A stretch of DNA of 64,000 bases from NCBI GenBank assembly GCA_963804645.1, contig CAWDRG010000017.1, positions 256,001 through 320,000 of the forward strand, read 5' to 3'. A program made the position numbers and the translations under genes. Positions 41,358 to 51,094 of this stretch are shown here, one piece after another. A model generated the notes under the pieces. It did not search any database. It worked only from the letters and a program-made list of their open reading frames with translations, and was not told the origin of the DNA. The stretch is from an uncultured Bacillota bacterium. GTDB taxonomy: Bacteria > Sysuimicrobiota > Sysuimicrobiia > Sysuimicrobiales > Segetimicrobiaceae. The stretch's first letter is position 1. The number at the start of each line of letters is the position of its first letter.

Positions 41358-41945
41358 CTAAGGAGTACCGCCTCGTATGCGATAGTGCAAGTGGATTACT
41401 CCGGTGCCGACACGGCGCGTCTCAAGGAGTTCGAGATTCCGTCGTAAGGCGGCTCGGAATGCCGGCTTTCCGCCGCCGAAGATCACCGGGTTGAGAAACA
41501 GGTGACATTCGTCGACGAGATCGGCTTCGAGCGCAAGCCCCGCAAGCTCGGCGCCGCCAATGCTGATGTCGTGCTCCGATTCCCGCTTGAGCTTCCGAAT
41601 AGCCGCGAGGTCGAAGTCCCGCTCGACACGCGTGTTGCGTGTCGTAGCGCCTGTCAGCGTTCGTGAAAAGACGATCTTCTCGGGCTTCTGCCAGATCCGT
41701 GCGAAGTCGCGGTGTTCGGGCGGATAGCCCTCCACCGGCGCGTCCCAGTAGGCCATCGTCTCATAGAGCCGCCGCCCATAGAGATAGGTTCCGACGGGCC
41801 GCAACAACTCAATGACGAACGGGTGTACTTGATCGGGATTGTCCCAATCGAAGGCACCGGTTTCGTCCTCGATGTAACCGTCAAGTGCCGTATTGGTGAT
41901 GTAGATCAACTTCGACATACGAAAGGTTTCGTGCGGCATACGCAT
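41358..41945 (-). CDS. dihydrofolate reductase-like / RibD C-terminal domain protein
   Basis: LDGYIED..FDW, YLYGRRLYETMAYW, KIVFSRTL, IGGAELA, LVDECHL..PVIFGGGK; GGAGGAGG RBS. Confidence 0.88.
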   Translation of the reverse strand: MRMPHETFRMSKLIYITNTALDGYIEDETGAFDWDNPDQVHPFVIELLRPVGTYLYGRRLYETMAYWDAPVEGYPPEHRDFARIWQKPEKIVFSRTLTGATTRNTRVERDFDLAAIRKLKRESEHDISIGGAELAGLALEADLVDECHLFLNPVIFGGGKPAFRAALRRNLELLETRRVGTGVIHLHYRIRGGTP

Positions 41946-42233
41946 GACGACCTCCTCCGCATCGTCGCGTAAGACCTCGCCACGAGCGCGCACTTGCTGG
42001 TACATGCCAATTCGTTGCGCGAGGTGCCGCCCACCGGACTCCCGACGACTAGACCATTTCAATCACGTTAAAATCTAGGCAAAAATATTTGAAATTTTGA
42101 GAGCGTCGCAAGTTGCGTGGGTCCCGAGAGTCGACTGGGCTCACAGATCGGTATCGTGCGGTTGCCAGGCCCTGAACGCCGGCCGGCCTTCAAGCACAAC
42201 ACGTCTCCCGCTCCCCACCGGCGGAGGGGCCGA

Positions 42234-42623
42234 TCATGCGTAGCTCTGCTCTGCGATGAGCCGGGTAGGGTAGCCGAGAATGGTGCGGACGGTCCTGGCG
42301 TCTTTGGCAACGTAGACGAAAGCGTCGCCGTCGATCTGGTACTGGCCGGTCCACCCGATGGTGAAACTGGTGGCCGTATCTTCCACCTGCACTGGCAGAG
42401 GATCGCCCTCGCGGGCCACCGGCGTGGCGAGTTGATCGGCAGGATCCAAGACCCAGGCGTCGCCCGTCTCGGAGGAGAAGAGGACGAGTGGCCCGACGGT
42501 GATGATCCGACTGTCGTAGTCGGCGGCGCGGCGTTGAATGTACTGCACTTCGTCGGCGAGCCGCCACCTCGCTCCGTCCACCAACCTGGTCTCGTGGCCC
42601 TGCTTGCGCGATCGCCGAGCCAT
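42234..42623 (-). CDS. hypothetical protein (129 aa), accessory gene of the element
   Basis: Protein-like composition (RLADEVQYIQRRAA..LVLFSSETGDAWVLD..IGWTGQYQIDGDAFVY..TILGYP); GAGG RBS; divergent from the large gene with a 52-bp gap. Confidence 0.75.
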   Translation of the reverse strand: MARRSRKQGHETRLVDGARWRLADEVQYIQRRAADYDSRIITVGPLVLFSSETGDAWVLDPADQLATPVAREGDPLPVQVEDTATSFTIGWTGQYQIDGDAFVYVAKDARTVRTILGYPTRLIAEQSYA

Positions 42624-42675
42624 GCGCGTGTGTCCACCTCGGGTCCTATCTGCGGCGCGGGAGGGACCGATCCCG

Positions 42676-44295
42676 ATGGAACGATTCTACCAATTGTTTG
42701 GCAAGTTCCTCGTGTTTGTCTACCATTGTTTCGATCGCATCGTGATCAACGGCTACTTGACCGGCCTGATGCGCCCGGAGAATGCGGTGTATTTTTTCCG
42801 AGACGTCCTGGGACGCCGCGCCATCACCAAAGAGGTGTTGCGGCAGCGGACCACCGATTACGCCCACTGGGTCGAGGCCTACGCGCGGAATCACCATGTG
42901 CCTATCGAGTGGGCTGCGAAGGGGGTCCGGAAAGAAGACTATGTGCGGCCGAGGCTGCGCCGGATGGAGCGTGCGCACCGGTATGGGGTCTACTTCATCT
43001 TCAAGAGCATGGAACAAGGCCTGACGTTTCGTTCCATCATGCCCAAGTTTCCCACTGCGGATCCCGATTACCGCATCCTCCGCCCGCACCGGAGCCGCTT
43101 CACGCACTACTACTTCTACCTCCGGGACCACACCCTTGGGCCGATGGTGGTGCGGGTCGCCTCGTTCGTGCCGTTTCATACGACCTACTACCTCAACGGG
43201 CACTCGTTCATCGAACAAGAGCTGACCCGAGTCGGGCTCGCCTTCCGCAAGGACGATAATGCGTTTCTGGCCGTCGCAGATCCGACCGCCCTCCAGGCGG
43301 CCGCCGATCGCCTGAGCCCAACCGTCATTCAGCATCGGCTTGACTACTGGACCCTCGTGCTTGGCCCGAAGTTTTCTCGACGCGAACGCCAAGCCATGAT
43401 GCTGCGCCGGTTCTACTTTCTCCAACAGGTCGAATACTGCCGAAACTTCATCTTCAAGCGGTGCTTCCCGATCCACACGCTTTTTGAGCGGTCCTGCGAG
43501 CTCGGCCTCAGCCAGTTGACCGCGCACCAGCTCTCCGAGGTCTTCGGCCTACGCCTGACCAAGCGGCTCAAGGGGAAGTTGCACACCACGCTCGAGCAAC
43601 TCGCACAAGGCCATCATATCCTCCGGATCTATTGCAAGAGCGCCTTCCTCCGGCAGTACGAGAAGTTCGCCATGTTCCTGCGCAACGAGCTCTGCTCCAA
43701 TAACCTCGCCGACTTCCAGCTGAAGAAAGGCCTCGCGCATCTGGGCGCCGTGCGGGAGACGTTTCTCGCCATCACCGACCGCTTCGCCGACGCGCAGGCG
43801 CAGTGGCTCAACGTCCACGTGGAGTTTCCACTCCTCCAACGCGTGGCGCTCCCGATTCAGGTCGGTACCGCCAAGGTGCCGGGCATCAAGATTCACGACG
43901 CCCGCATGATCCGCCTCATGGAAGTGTTGCTGGACGGGCGCACCATCATCGGTGGTCAGCGGGCGACAGAACTGCACCAGGCTGTCGTGACTCGATTCCA
44001 TCTCTCCGCCGAGCGGTACGGGCTCAACCAACTCCGGTACGACCTCCGCAAGCTCCGGGCGCATGGGCTCCTCCAACGGGACGGCCGCCGCTACGCATAT
44101 CGCCTGACCGACAAGGGGCTCCGCGTCGCTCTTCTCTTCCTGCTCTTCCATCAGCGACTCTGCGGACCTCTCGCTCACAGCCTCTTTCATCACCGGCCCG
44201 ATCCCAAGACCCAGCTCAACAGTCCTCTCGAAGCGGCCTACCACAAAGCCGATGCGGCGATTCAGGACATCATTCAGCTGTTGCAGGCTGCTTGA
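42676..44295 (+). CDS. putative Rep_trans-like nickase/transposase with C-terminal winged HTH (539 aa)
   Basis: GGAGGG RBS, MERFYQ start; QVEYCRN strand and LRIY..FLRQYEK..FLRNE resemble Rep_trans/phage gII RIYxK..R.E; wHTH LRYDLRKLRAHGLLQR..YRLTDKG. Confidence 0.6.
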   Translation: MERFYQLFGKFLVFVYHCFDRIVINGYLTGLMRPENAVYFFRDVLGRRAITKEVLRQRTTDYAHWVEAYARNHHVPIEWAAKGVRKEDYVRPRLRRMERAHRYGVYFIFKSMEQGLTFRSIMPKFPTADPDYRILRPHRSRFTHYYFYLRDHTLGPMVVRVASFVPFHTTYYLNGHSFIEQELTRVGLAFRKDDNAFLAVADPTALQAAADRLSPTVIQHRLDYWTLVLGPKFSRRERQAMMLRRFYFLQQVEYCRNFIFKRCFPIHTLFERSCELGLSQLTAHQLSEVFGLRLTKRLKGKLHTTLEQLAQGHHILRIYCKSAFLRQYEKFAMFLRNELCSNNLADFQLKKGLAHLGAVRETFLAITDRFADAQAQWLNVHVEFPLLQRVALPIQVGTAKVPGIKIHDARMIRLMEVLLDGRTIIGGQRATELHQAVVTRFHLSAERYGLNQLRYDLRKLRAHGLLQRDGRRYAYRLTDKGLRVALLFLLFHQRLCGPLAHSLFHHRPDPKTQLNSPLEAAYHKADAAIQDIIQLLQAA

Positions 44296-44353
44296 GCGGG
44301 ACTCGGTGCGCCCTTCTTGAAATCTTGAAGTGCTTCTGTCGAGGAAAGAGCGG

Positions 44354-45231
44354 CTAAGAATCTAAACCACCACAAGGAAAGAGGATCGACCGCATGAAGC
44401 GGGCCTCATTGCGGAACCCGCGTGCCTGATACTTGAACCACTGGATCTTGCTGTTCACGGATTCGCGAGCGACGTTCGTTATCGGGATTCGCAGATAGGT
44501 GAGGATGTTCTCGATGTGCCGCGCGATCACGCGGGCGACTTCCTTCATGTGCCGGAGCCTCGATCGAATCGCCCAGGCGTACCAGTCGGTGAAGAACGTG
44601 CGGGCCGCTCCGATGTACGTGTAATCCCACAGTTGCGTGAAGGTCTCTTTCATGGCCCACGCTCGGCCTAGCCGCTCATGCGCTTTACGAAGCTTGGCGA
44701 ACTCGATGCGCTCGGACTGCGTCATGCTCTCGGGCCGCCGTAGCCACCGATAGCGCGTTCGCTTGAGGGTCGAATCGCTGCGCCCAGCCGCACGGCGTTC
44801 TAGGTCAACAGCGTGCGTGAGGTACTTCATGACATGGAACTTGTCGAAGACGATCTTCTCTTCGGCTTCAGGCAAGTTGTCGAGTGTGGATTCGATGTAG
44901 GCCGGCCACATGTCCATCGCCACGCCGGCAATCCCGGCGAGATGCTGCTCAGAAAAACTCTCCCAGAAGGCATCGAGGGTCTCACGCGTGCGGCCGGAGC
45001 CAACCCAGAGGAACCTCGCTGGCGTCGAGGTCCGTGACGATCGTGACGTACTTGTGCCGCTTCTTGAAGGACTTCTCATCGATGCCGATGTGCTTGACGA
45101 TCCGGTCTTTCCGAAGCGCAAGGCCGCGATCGATCGCCCGCGGCATAATGCCGTCGATTTGATCCTAGCTCAGCCGCAGGGTTCGCGCGACCGCGTGAAA
45201 CACCTCGTCGCCCGCACGACCTCGATCCGGA
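44354..45231 (-). pseudogene. ISL3 family transposase remnant
   Basis: HIGIDEKSFKKRHKYVTIVTD, VAMDMWPAY, IVFDKFHV, ITN..ESVNSKIQ..ARGFRN..CGGLD; internal TAG at 45165-45167, frameshift near 45015, N-terminus missing. Confidence 0.88.
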
Positions 45232-46254
45232 TCATGTTCCCGGCTCCTCGAACTCCGGCATCACCTTGGTCGCGAACAACTCCATATTGGCCAAGAGCTC
45301 GCCCATGGTGTTCACCACAAACACGATCCCAAGATGCGAAGCGCCGGTTGCCTGAAACTCCCTGATTTGATCCACGATGGCGGCCGGCGTGCCGAGGAGG
45401 TTGCCGACGCGAAATTCCGCGAGCACCTCCTCATTGGTGCGGCCGCGACCGTCCGCGGCCATTCGGCGGAAATGCTGAGACCCCATGACCCGCTGCTCCG
45501 CGTCCTCCTCACTGTTCCCGAAGGCCAGCCATGTCTGGACATGCAGGCTGAGCAGGTTCGGGTTCCGGCCGTTCGCCTCCGCCGCTGTTCTCACCGTATC
45601 CCATTCGCGCCGTGTTTGCTCCGGAGTGCGCGACGCGGCGATCAATCCGTCGCCGAGACGCCCGACCCGTTCCAGTGCGGCAGAGGCGTGCGCGGTCATA
45701 TAGATGGGAAAGGGATTCTGGCTCGGTTTGGGGGCCAACTCGATCCCGGCAAATTGCACGTACTTGCCGTGAAAGCTCGCCTGGCGGTCGGCGAACAGGT
45801 GCCGGAGCCCTTGAATGCTTTCGTCGACCATCGTGCCGCGATGAGCGCCTTTGAGCCCCGGGTGGACGGCGTCAAATTCCTCCCGATACGCGCCGATGCC
45901 GACGCCGAGCACCACGCGCCCCCCGCTTAGCCGATCCAGTGTCGCCACCTGCTTGGCCAGCAGGACGACTTCGCGCTGGGGCAGCGTGATCACGCCCAGC
46001 ACAAACCGCAGTCTCTCGGTGATGTTGACGAAACTGGCATACGTGACGAGCGGCTCATAGAAGTTCGGGACATCTGCCTGGGTCGCGCTGACCCTGTAGG
46101 GAGTGGTCAAGTGATCGTTAGACCAAATCGAGTAGTAGCCGAGTTCCTCGGCACGGCGTGCCACCGTCGCGAGTTCTCCCGGGCGGACGAATCCAACCGG
46201 ATACGCGGTCCCTTCGCGGCAGCCGGGGAAGCCGACGCCGAAACGCATCTTCAT
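45232..46254 (-). CDS. LLM class (probably F420-dependent) oxidoreductase
   Basis: AEELGYYSIWSNDH, YEPLVT, LAKQVATLDRLSGGRVVLGVGIG. Confidence 0.88.
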   Translation of the reverse strand: MKMRFGVGFPGCREGTAYPVGFVRPGELATVARRAEELGYYSIWSNDHLTTPYRVSATQADVPNFYEPLVTYASFVNITERLRFVLGVITLPQREVVLLAKQVATLDRLSGGRVVLGVGIGAYREEFDAVHPGLKGAHRGTMVDESIQGLRHLFADRQASFHGKYVQFAGIELAPKPSQNPFPIYMTAHASAALERVGRLGDGLIAASRTPEQTRREWDTVRTAAEANGRNPNLLSLHVQTWLAFGNSEEDAEQRVMGSQHFRRMAADGRGRTNEEVLAEFRVGNLLGTPAAIVDQIREFQATGASHLGIVFVVNTMGELLANMELFATKVMPEFEEPGT

Positions 46255-46692
46255 CCGTCACTCTCCAATCTGTGACTTCGCCGCCCCCGCATGGCACTCC
46301 CACCCCGCCTTGCTCACGCCTCGGATATCACGACCCAGACGCGGATGGAGCCGACTCCCCCGCGTGATGTACGATACGGTGCCCAACCGCGACGGACACT
46401 AGATGGTTCTTTTTCGAACCCCGGGCCCCTCCCTTTGCCTCACAATCCGCCCATCGAGTTGACACCTGCGTTTATGGTCTTGCTCGCTTCATCGGGACGA
46501 CTCTGGAGATGGACAGTCGGCGTTCCACTTCGACCCTGATGCGCCTGCAACGGGTCAGCATGACGTGCGCCGCGGATAGCCGTGCGTTCCACGTCGCGCC
46601 CAGGGGAAGCGCCGGGCCGGGCGGAGAACTCCGTGAGCGGCGAGCCGATCACGGCGCACATCGCGGACGCGCCCGGTCGTGGGGAGGGACTC

Positions 46693-46840
46693 ATTGGACC
46701 CGGGTCATACTATCTCTCGGCCGTCGAGCAGAGCGCGCGACGCAAGTACCGGACGCTGTCGCCCGTTGAGATCGTCGCGGCACTGCTCGATCGGATCGCG
46801 CGCTACAACGACACGCTCCACAGCGACATTGAGGTGACAC
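46693..46840 (+). pseudogene. amidase (GatA-like) N-terminal remnant
   Basis: YYLSAVEQSARRKYRTLSPVEIVAALLDRIARYNDTLHSDIEVT matches the amidase N-terminus; GGAGGG RBS but no proper start codon and no continuation. Confidence 0.55.
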
Positions 46841-46982
46841 AGGTGTCCGACCGATCGCGTCGCGAAGGGCCCATCCGCCGATCTCCACCGGGGAGACGGA
46901 TGGGCGGGATCAACAGATCCGGGGCGCACCACGCATGTGCGTCGGGGGGGCGTAGGGCCAGATCGCGGGCCCTCGCCTCGGC

Positions 46983-47933
46983 GTGATGGCGCGATTTCTG
47001 TGCTACCGGATCGTAGCGACGCTGCCGCTGCTGCTCTTCCTAAGTATCGGCATCTTTTCGATGCTGCATCTCGCGCCGGGCGATCCGGTCACCACGATGC
47101 TGAGCGAGGACCTCGCGAGCCCGCAGGTTGAACAAACGCTTCGCCATCAACTCGGGCTCGATCGGCCCCTGTACGTCCAGTACTGGCTGTGGCTCGATCA
47201 CGCGCTCCACGGCGATCTGGGCTATTCGTTCCGGTCGAAGGCCCCCGTCGCGTCGGAGGTGCTGTCGCGGCTACCCGTGACGATTGAGCTCACGCTGACC
47301 GCGATGATCGTCTCGGTCGTGACCGCGGTACCGCTGGGAACACTCGCCGCGCTGCGGCGGAACACCGGCCTGGACGCGGTGATCTCAGGCATCGGCACGC
47401 TCGGGCTCGCGATGCCGGCGTTCTGGCTCGGGGTGCTGCTTATCCTACTGTTCGCGGTTCGCCTGCACTGGCTCCCGCCGTCCGGTTATGTGCCCCCATG
47501 GCAAGGCATTGGTGCCAACCTTCGGCTCTTGATCCTTCCGGGGGTCACGCTCGCAGCCTCGTATACCGCGGTAATACTGCGCGTCTCCCGCATGAGCGTG
47601 CTCGACGTTATCAAAGCAGACTACGTCCGTACCGCGAGGGCGAAGGGGATCGGTGAACCGCGCCTCGTCCTTCGCCATGTCGTACGGAGCGCCATGATTC
47701 CGCTCATTACCGTCGTCGCGCTCGAGACGGGGCGCCTGCTCGGGGGCGCCGTCGTCACCGAAACGATCTTCGCGTTGCCCGGGGTCGGTCGGCTGGCGGT
47801 CGACTCCGTGCTCAACCGAGATTTCCCGGTCCTGCAGGCCGTCACCCTGTTTATGGCGCTCGCACTGATCACGGCGAACTTCCTGGCCGACGTACTATAC
47901 GCGTGGGCCGATCCGAGAATACGCTATGGGTAA
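46983..47933 (+). CDS. ABC peptide/nickel permease (DppB-like)
   Basis: LAPGDPV, LGLDRPLYVQY, DYVRTARAKG, ETIFALPGVGRL, DPRIRY. Confidence 0.92.
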   Translation: MMARFLCYRIVATLPLLLFLSIGIFSMLHLAPGDPVTTMLSEDLASPQVEQTLRHQLGLDRPLYVQYWLWLDHALHGDLGYSFRSKAPVASEVLSRLPVTIELTLTAMIVSVVTAVPLGTLAALRRNTGLDAVISGIGTLGLAMPAFWLGVLLILLFAVRLHWLPPSGYVPPWQGIGANLRLLILPGVTLAASYTAVILRVSRMSVLDVIKADYVRTARAKGIGEPRLVLRHVVRSAMIPLITVVALETGRLLGGAVVTETIFALPGVGRLAVDSVLNRDFPVLQAVTLFMALALITANFLADVLYAWADPRIRYG

Positions 47934-48834
47934 AGACGCCCACGCGACGGAGTTCATGCATCCGCGCGTCCACCACCGCCGCGCCAGGCGGCCGGGCACA
48001 ATAACGGTGCTGCGGCGCTTCGCCTCCCGGCAACGTCTCGCATGCGCTGGCGCGGCCATCTTGCTCGCCGTCGCCCTGGCGGTCGTAGCAGGCCCGCCGC
48101 TGGACCGCCAGCCACCTAACGCCGTGCACATCTCGTCAATGATGACGCCGCCATCGGCCGCGTGGTGGCTCGGCACCGACGATCTCGGCCGCGACATCCT
48201 CAGCCGGCTGCTGACCGGCGGCCGTATCTCCCTCGGCGTCGGGGTCGCTGCGACCCTTGCCGCGGCGGCGGTGGGCGTGCCGGTGGGCATGGCCAGCGGC
48301 TTCCTCGGACGGTGGGTGGATGGGACCTTAATGCGCCTGATGGACCTCCTCTTCTCCATTCCCACGATCATGCTCGCCATCGCCATCGTGGGGGTGCTGG
48401 GGCCGAACCTGTTCAACGCGACCCTCGCGATCGCGATTGTCGCCATGCCGCCGTTCGCGCGACTTGTCCGCGGGCAGGTACTCTCCCTGCGAGAGACGGA
48501 GTTCGTCCAGGCGGCGCGGGCAATCGGCGCGACGACCACCCGCATTCTGCGGCACCACTTGCTGCCGAATCTCCTCGCACTCGTGGTCATCCAGAGTACG
48601 CTGACGGTCAGCTTCGCCATTCTCACGGAGGCGGCGCTGAGTTTTCTTGGGCTCGGCGTCCAGCCGCCGACGCCCTCGTGGGGAGCGATGCTGCGGTACG
48701 GCTATCCGTTTCTGGACCGGGCGCCGTGGGCGGCCGTCGCGCCCGGGGTCACGATCATGATCACCGTGCTCGGCCTCAATCTCTTGGGTGATGGCATTCG
48801 AGACGTGCTGGACCCTCGAGTGCGCACCGGATGA
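47926..48834 (+). CDS. ABC peptide/nickel permease (DppC-like)
   Basis: LGTDDLGRDILSRL, EAALSFLGLGVQPPTPSWG, GDGIRDVLDPR. Confidence 0.92.
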   Translation: MGKDAHATEFMHPRVHHRRARRPGTITVLRRFASRQRLACAGAAILLAVALAVVAGPPLDRQPPNAVHISSMMTPPSAAWWLGTDDLGRDILSRLLTGGRISLGVGVAATLAAAAVGVPVGMASGFLGRWVDGTLMRLMDLLFSIPTIMLAIAIVGVLGPNLFNATLAIAIVAMPPFARLVRGQVLSLRETEFVQAARAIGATTTRILRHHLLPNLLALVVIQSTLTVSFAILTEAALSFLGLGVQPPTPSWGAMLRYGYPFLDRAPWAAVAPGVTIMITVLGLNLLGDGIRDVLDPRVRTG

Positions 48835-48912
48835 CATCGCGCGTGGCGCTCGGACACGTCCACGCGCGATCCGCACCCGTACTCCCGGACTCGGCGCAGC
48901 CCCCGGGGCGGG

Positions 48913-50496
48913 CTAGCCTCGGAGCCACGCGCCTTTGAGTCGCAGCATCCCATCGGGGCTGGCGGGGATTCCCTGCACCGCCGTCCGCATCCCCACCATC
49001 AGGTTCAGAAAGGCCAAGAAGATCCACGGAGCATCGTCGATAATCATGTGCTGAATCTGTCGGTACAGCTGGACCCGTTCCGGCCCGTCGGGAATCGTGC
49101 GCGTCTTCTCAAGGAGCGCGTCGACGGTCGGATTATTGTAGGACACGGAGTTGACATTGCCCCGGGTGCTGAAGTGATTGTACATGGTGCCGTCGATATC
49201 CGGACGCGGCGTCCAGGACCCGATTTCCGCTTGGAATCGCTTCGCGGTCACCCGATCGATTAGCGTGGCAATCTCGTACGCCTGAATCTTCGCCGTGATG
49301 CCGACGTCGGCAAGCTGCGCCTGAATCAACTCCGCGAGCCGCGTCTGCTCGGGCGACGCGTAGATCTCCAAGGTGAACGTGAACCCATTCGGCTGACCGC
49401 CCTCGGCGAGTTTCGCCTTCGCCTTCTGCGGGTCGTACTGATACCCGTATCGACTCACCGCCGGATCGTAGTACTCTCGGTAGACCGGAGAAATCGGGCC
49501 GTAGGCCGGGCGGGCCTCGTCAAAGTAGATCCCCGTCACCACCTGATCGCGGTTGACCGCGTACGACACCGCCTGCCTCAGCGCCTTGTTGTTAAACGGC
49601 GGGATCGCGTTGTTGAGGCGAACCATCGGCCAGTTCGCCCCGGCGAGGATAAACGTACGAAACCGCGAATCTTGGCGGATCGCGCGCTGTTCGCCCGCGG
49701 GAATGACATCCACCACGTCGAGCGCTCCCGCCCGGAGATCCGCCATCTTCACCGTCTCATCATCCATCGGCAGGTACATGATCTCGTCGACATAGGGCAG
49801 CCCCTGCTCCCAGTACTGCGGGAACCGCTTAAGACGGATGTGGTCGCTCCGCACCCATTCGTCGAACGCGAACGCACCGGTCCCCACCGGGAACAGGCCG
49901 TACTGGCTGCCGCGTTGTTGTACGGCGGTGGGCGACACCATAAAGCCCGGCCCCTCGCTGAACCAACTCAATAAGGGCGTGAACGGCGTGCTGAGCGAGA
50001 GCTGGACCGTCGTCGGGTTCACGACCCGCACCGCTTTCACCGGCGCTAAAATCGTCCGGAACGCCGATCCCGTCGCGGGATTGAGCGTGCGGTCGATATT
50101 AAACTTGACCGCCGCCGCGTCGCATGGAGTGCCATCCTGAAACCGCAGGCCGGTCTGCAGGTAGAACGTCAGCAGCAGTCCATCGGGAGAGGTCGTCCAT
50201 GACTTCACGAGCCCGGGCGCGAGCGTGAAGGACGGGGTAAGCGACACGAGCGGAGTATAGATCGAATAAAAGATCTGCCGCTCCGACAAATTAATGTAAT
50301 GCGGCGGATCGAGGGTCGTCCAGTTTCCCGTAATCCCGACGCGCAGCGCCCCGCCGCGCACGGGGGTATCGGCAGTGGCGGCCGACGCGCGGGGGCCCCG
50401 CGTGACGAGCGCGGACAGCGGGTCGCGCACCACAGCGAGCCCCGCCCCGGCGAGGGTCGCGGCCTTCAGGATCCCACGGCGCGTAAGGCGTGACAT
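48913..50496 (-). CDS. ABC substrate-binding protein, family 5, Tat signal
   Basis: GGAGGAG RBS, MSRLTRRGILK; TLDPP, FQDGTPCDAAAVKFN, PVGTGAF. Confidence 0.9.
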   Translation of the reverse strand: MSRLTRRGILKAATLAGAGLAVVRDPLSALVTRGPRASAATADTPVRGGALRVGITGNWTTLDPPHYINLSERQIFYSIYTPLVSLTPSFTLAPGLVKSWTTSPDGLLLTFYLQTGLRFQDGTPCDAAAVKFNIDRTLNPATGSAFRTILAPVKAVRVVNPTTVQLSLSTPFTPLLSWFSEGPGFMVSPTAVQQRGSQYGLFPVGTGAFAFDEWVRSDHIRLKRFPQYWEQGLPYVDEIMYLPMDDETVKMADLRAGALDVVDVIPAGEQRAIRQDSRFRTFILAGANWPMVRLNNAIPPFNNKALRQAVSYAVNRDQVVTGIYFDEARPAYGPISPVYREYYDPAVSRYGYQYDPQKAKAKLAEGGQPNGFTFTLEIYASPEQTRLAELIQAQLADVGITAKIQAYEIATLIDRVTAKRFQAEIGSWTPRPDIDGTMYNHFSTRGNVNSVSYNNPTVDALLEKTRTIPDGPERVQLYRQIQHMIIDDAPWIFLAFLNLMVGMRTAVQGIPASPDGMLRLKGAWLRG

Positions 50497-50656
50497 CTGC
50501 GTCTCCTCCGCTGCGTATTGGGTACGACGGGATGATTCCCGCCACGGCATAGGGGGGTTCCACCGTTTGCACTCGAACCCCTTCCCCAGACAGGCGCTCG
50601 GCACGGGAGACGTTGGCGCCGTTCGAGCGTCTCACTCGGCGCCAAGGGGGGCACCC

Positions 50657-51067
50657 ATGGAGATTGACATCGTACTCGCCGGTGTAACCGGACGGATCAC
50701 GCTGCTTGAGACCAAGGCCCCACGCGCGACCGCGGCGCTGTGGGCTGCGCTGCCGATCAACGACCGCGCCGTACAGGTGAAGTGGTCCGGCGACGCGTGG
50801 CGGACGGAGGGCAACTACGATCTCGGCGTCACGGACATCGAGAATGAAGGCCACGTGCTCGAGGCCGGCGACGTGATTCACTTCCCGCGATCGAAGAAAA
50901 TCGGAGTCGCCTACGGACGCGCAGAGTGGCGCCACCCGGATCTGACGCTGGTGATGCACATTTCAGTCATCGGCAAAGTCACGGCCAACCTTGACGCGCT
51001 GGTCAAGGCCGGTGAGCGGGTCTGGATGGAAGGCGCCCAGCCGCTGCGGCTGACCCGGGCCCGATAA
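50657..51067 (+). CDS. DUF3830 / cyclophilin-like fold protein
   Basis: LLETKAPRATAALWAALP...KWSGDA...EN...GDVIHFP...IGKV. Confidence 0.7.
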   Translation: MEIDIVLAGVTGRITLLETKAPRATAALWAALPINDRAVQVKWSGDAWRTEGNYDLGVTDIENEGHVLEAGDVIHFPRSKKIGVAYGRAEWRHPDLTLVMHISVIGKVTANLDALVKAGERVWMEGAQPLRLTRAR

Positions 51068-51094
51068 CACGCCGCGCGGTGGGCCTGTCGCCGT

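Larger units (their letters stand above)
42072..44364 (+). mobile_element. putative two-gene insertion element (candidate rolling-circle transposon) bounded by AATCTA direct repeats
   Basis: AATCTA at 42072-42077 and 44359-44364; subterminal TTGAAATYTTGA at 42089-42100 and 44317-44328; right end interrupts the ISL3 transposase C-terminus; no terminal inverted repeats. Confidence 0.65.

Noticed and set aside
41290..41945. DHFR-like gene as an integron cassette
   Set aside because: No RYYYAAC...GTTRRRY attC structure after the stop codon and no integron integrase
42676..44295. Calling the large ORF a MarR regulator or a DDE/HUH transposase
   Set aside because: The wHTH covers only the C-terminal part; no DDE triad, HUH motif or terminal inverted repeats could be identified
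46459..46490. TTGACA promoter upstream of the amidase remnant/dppB
   Set aside because: No acceptable -10 hexamer at 16-18 bp spacing
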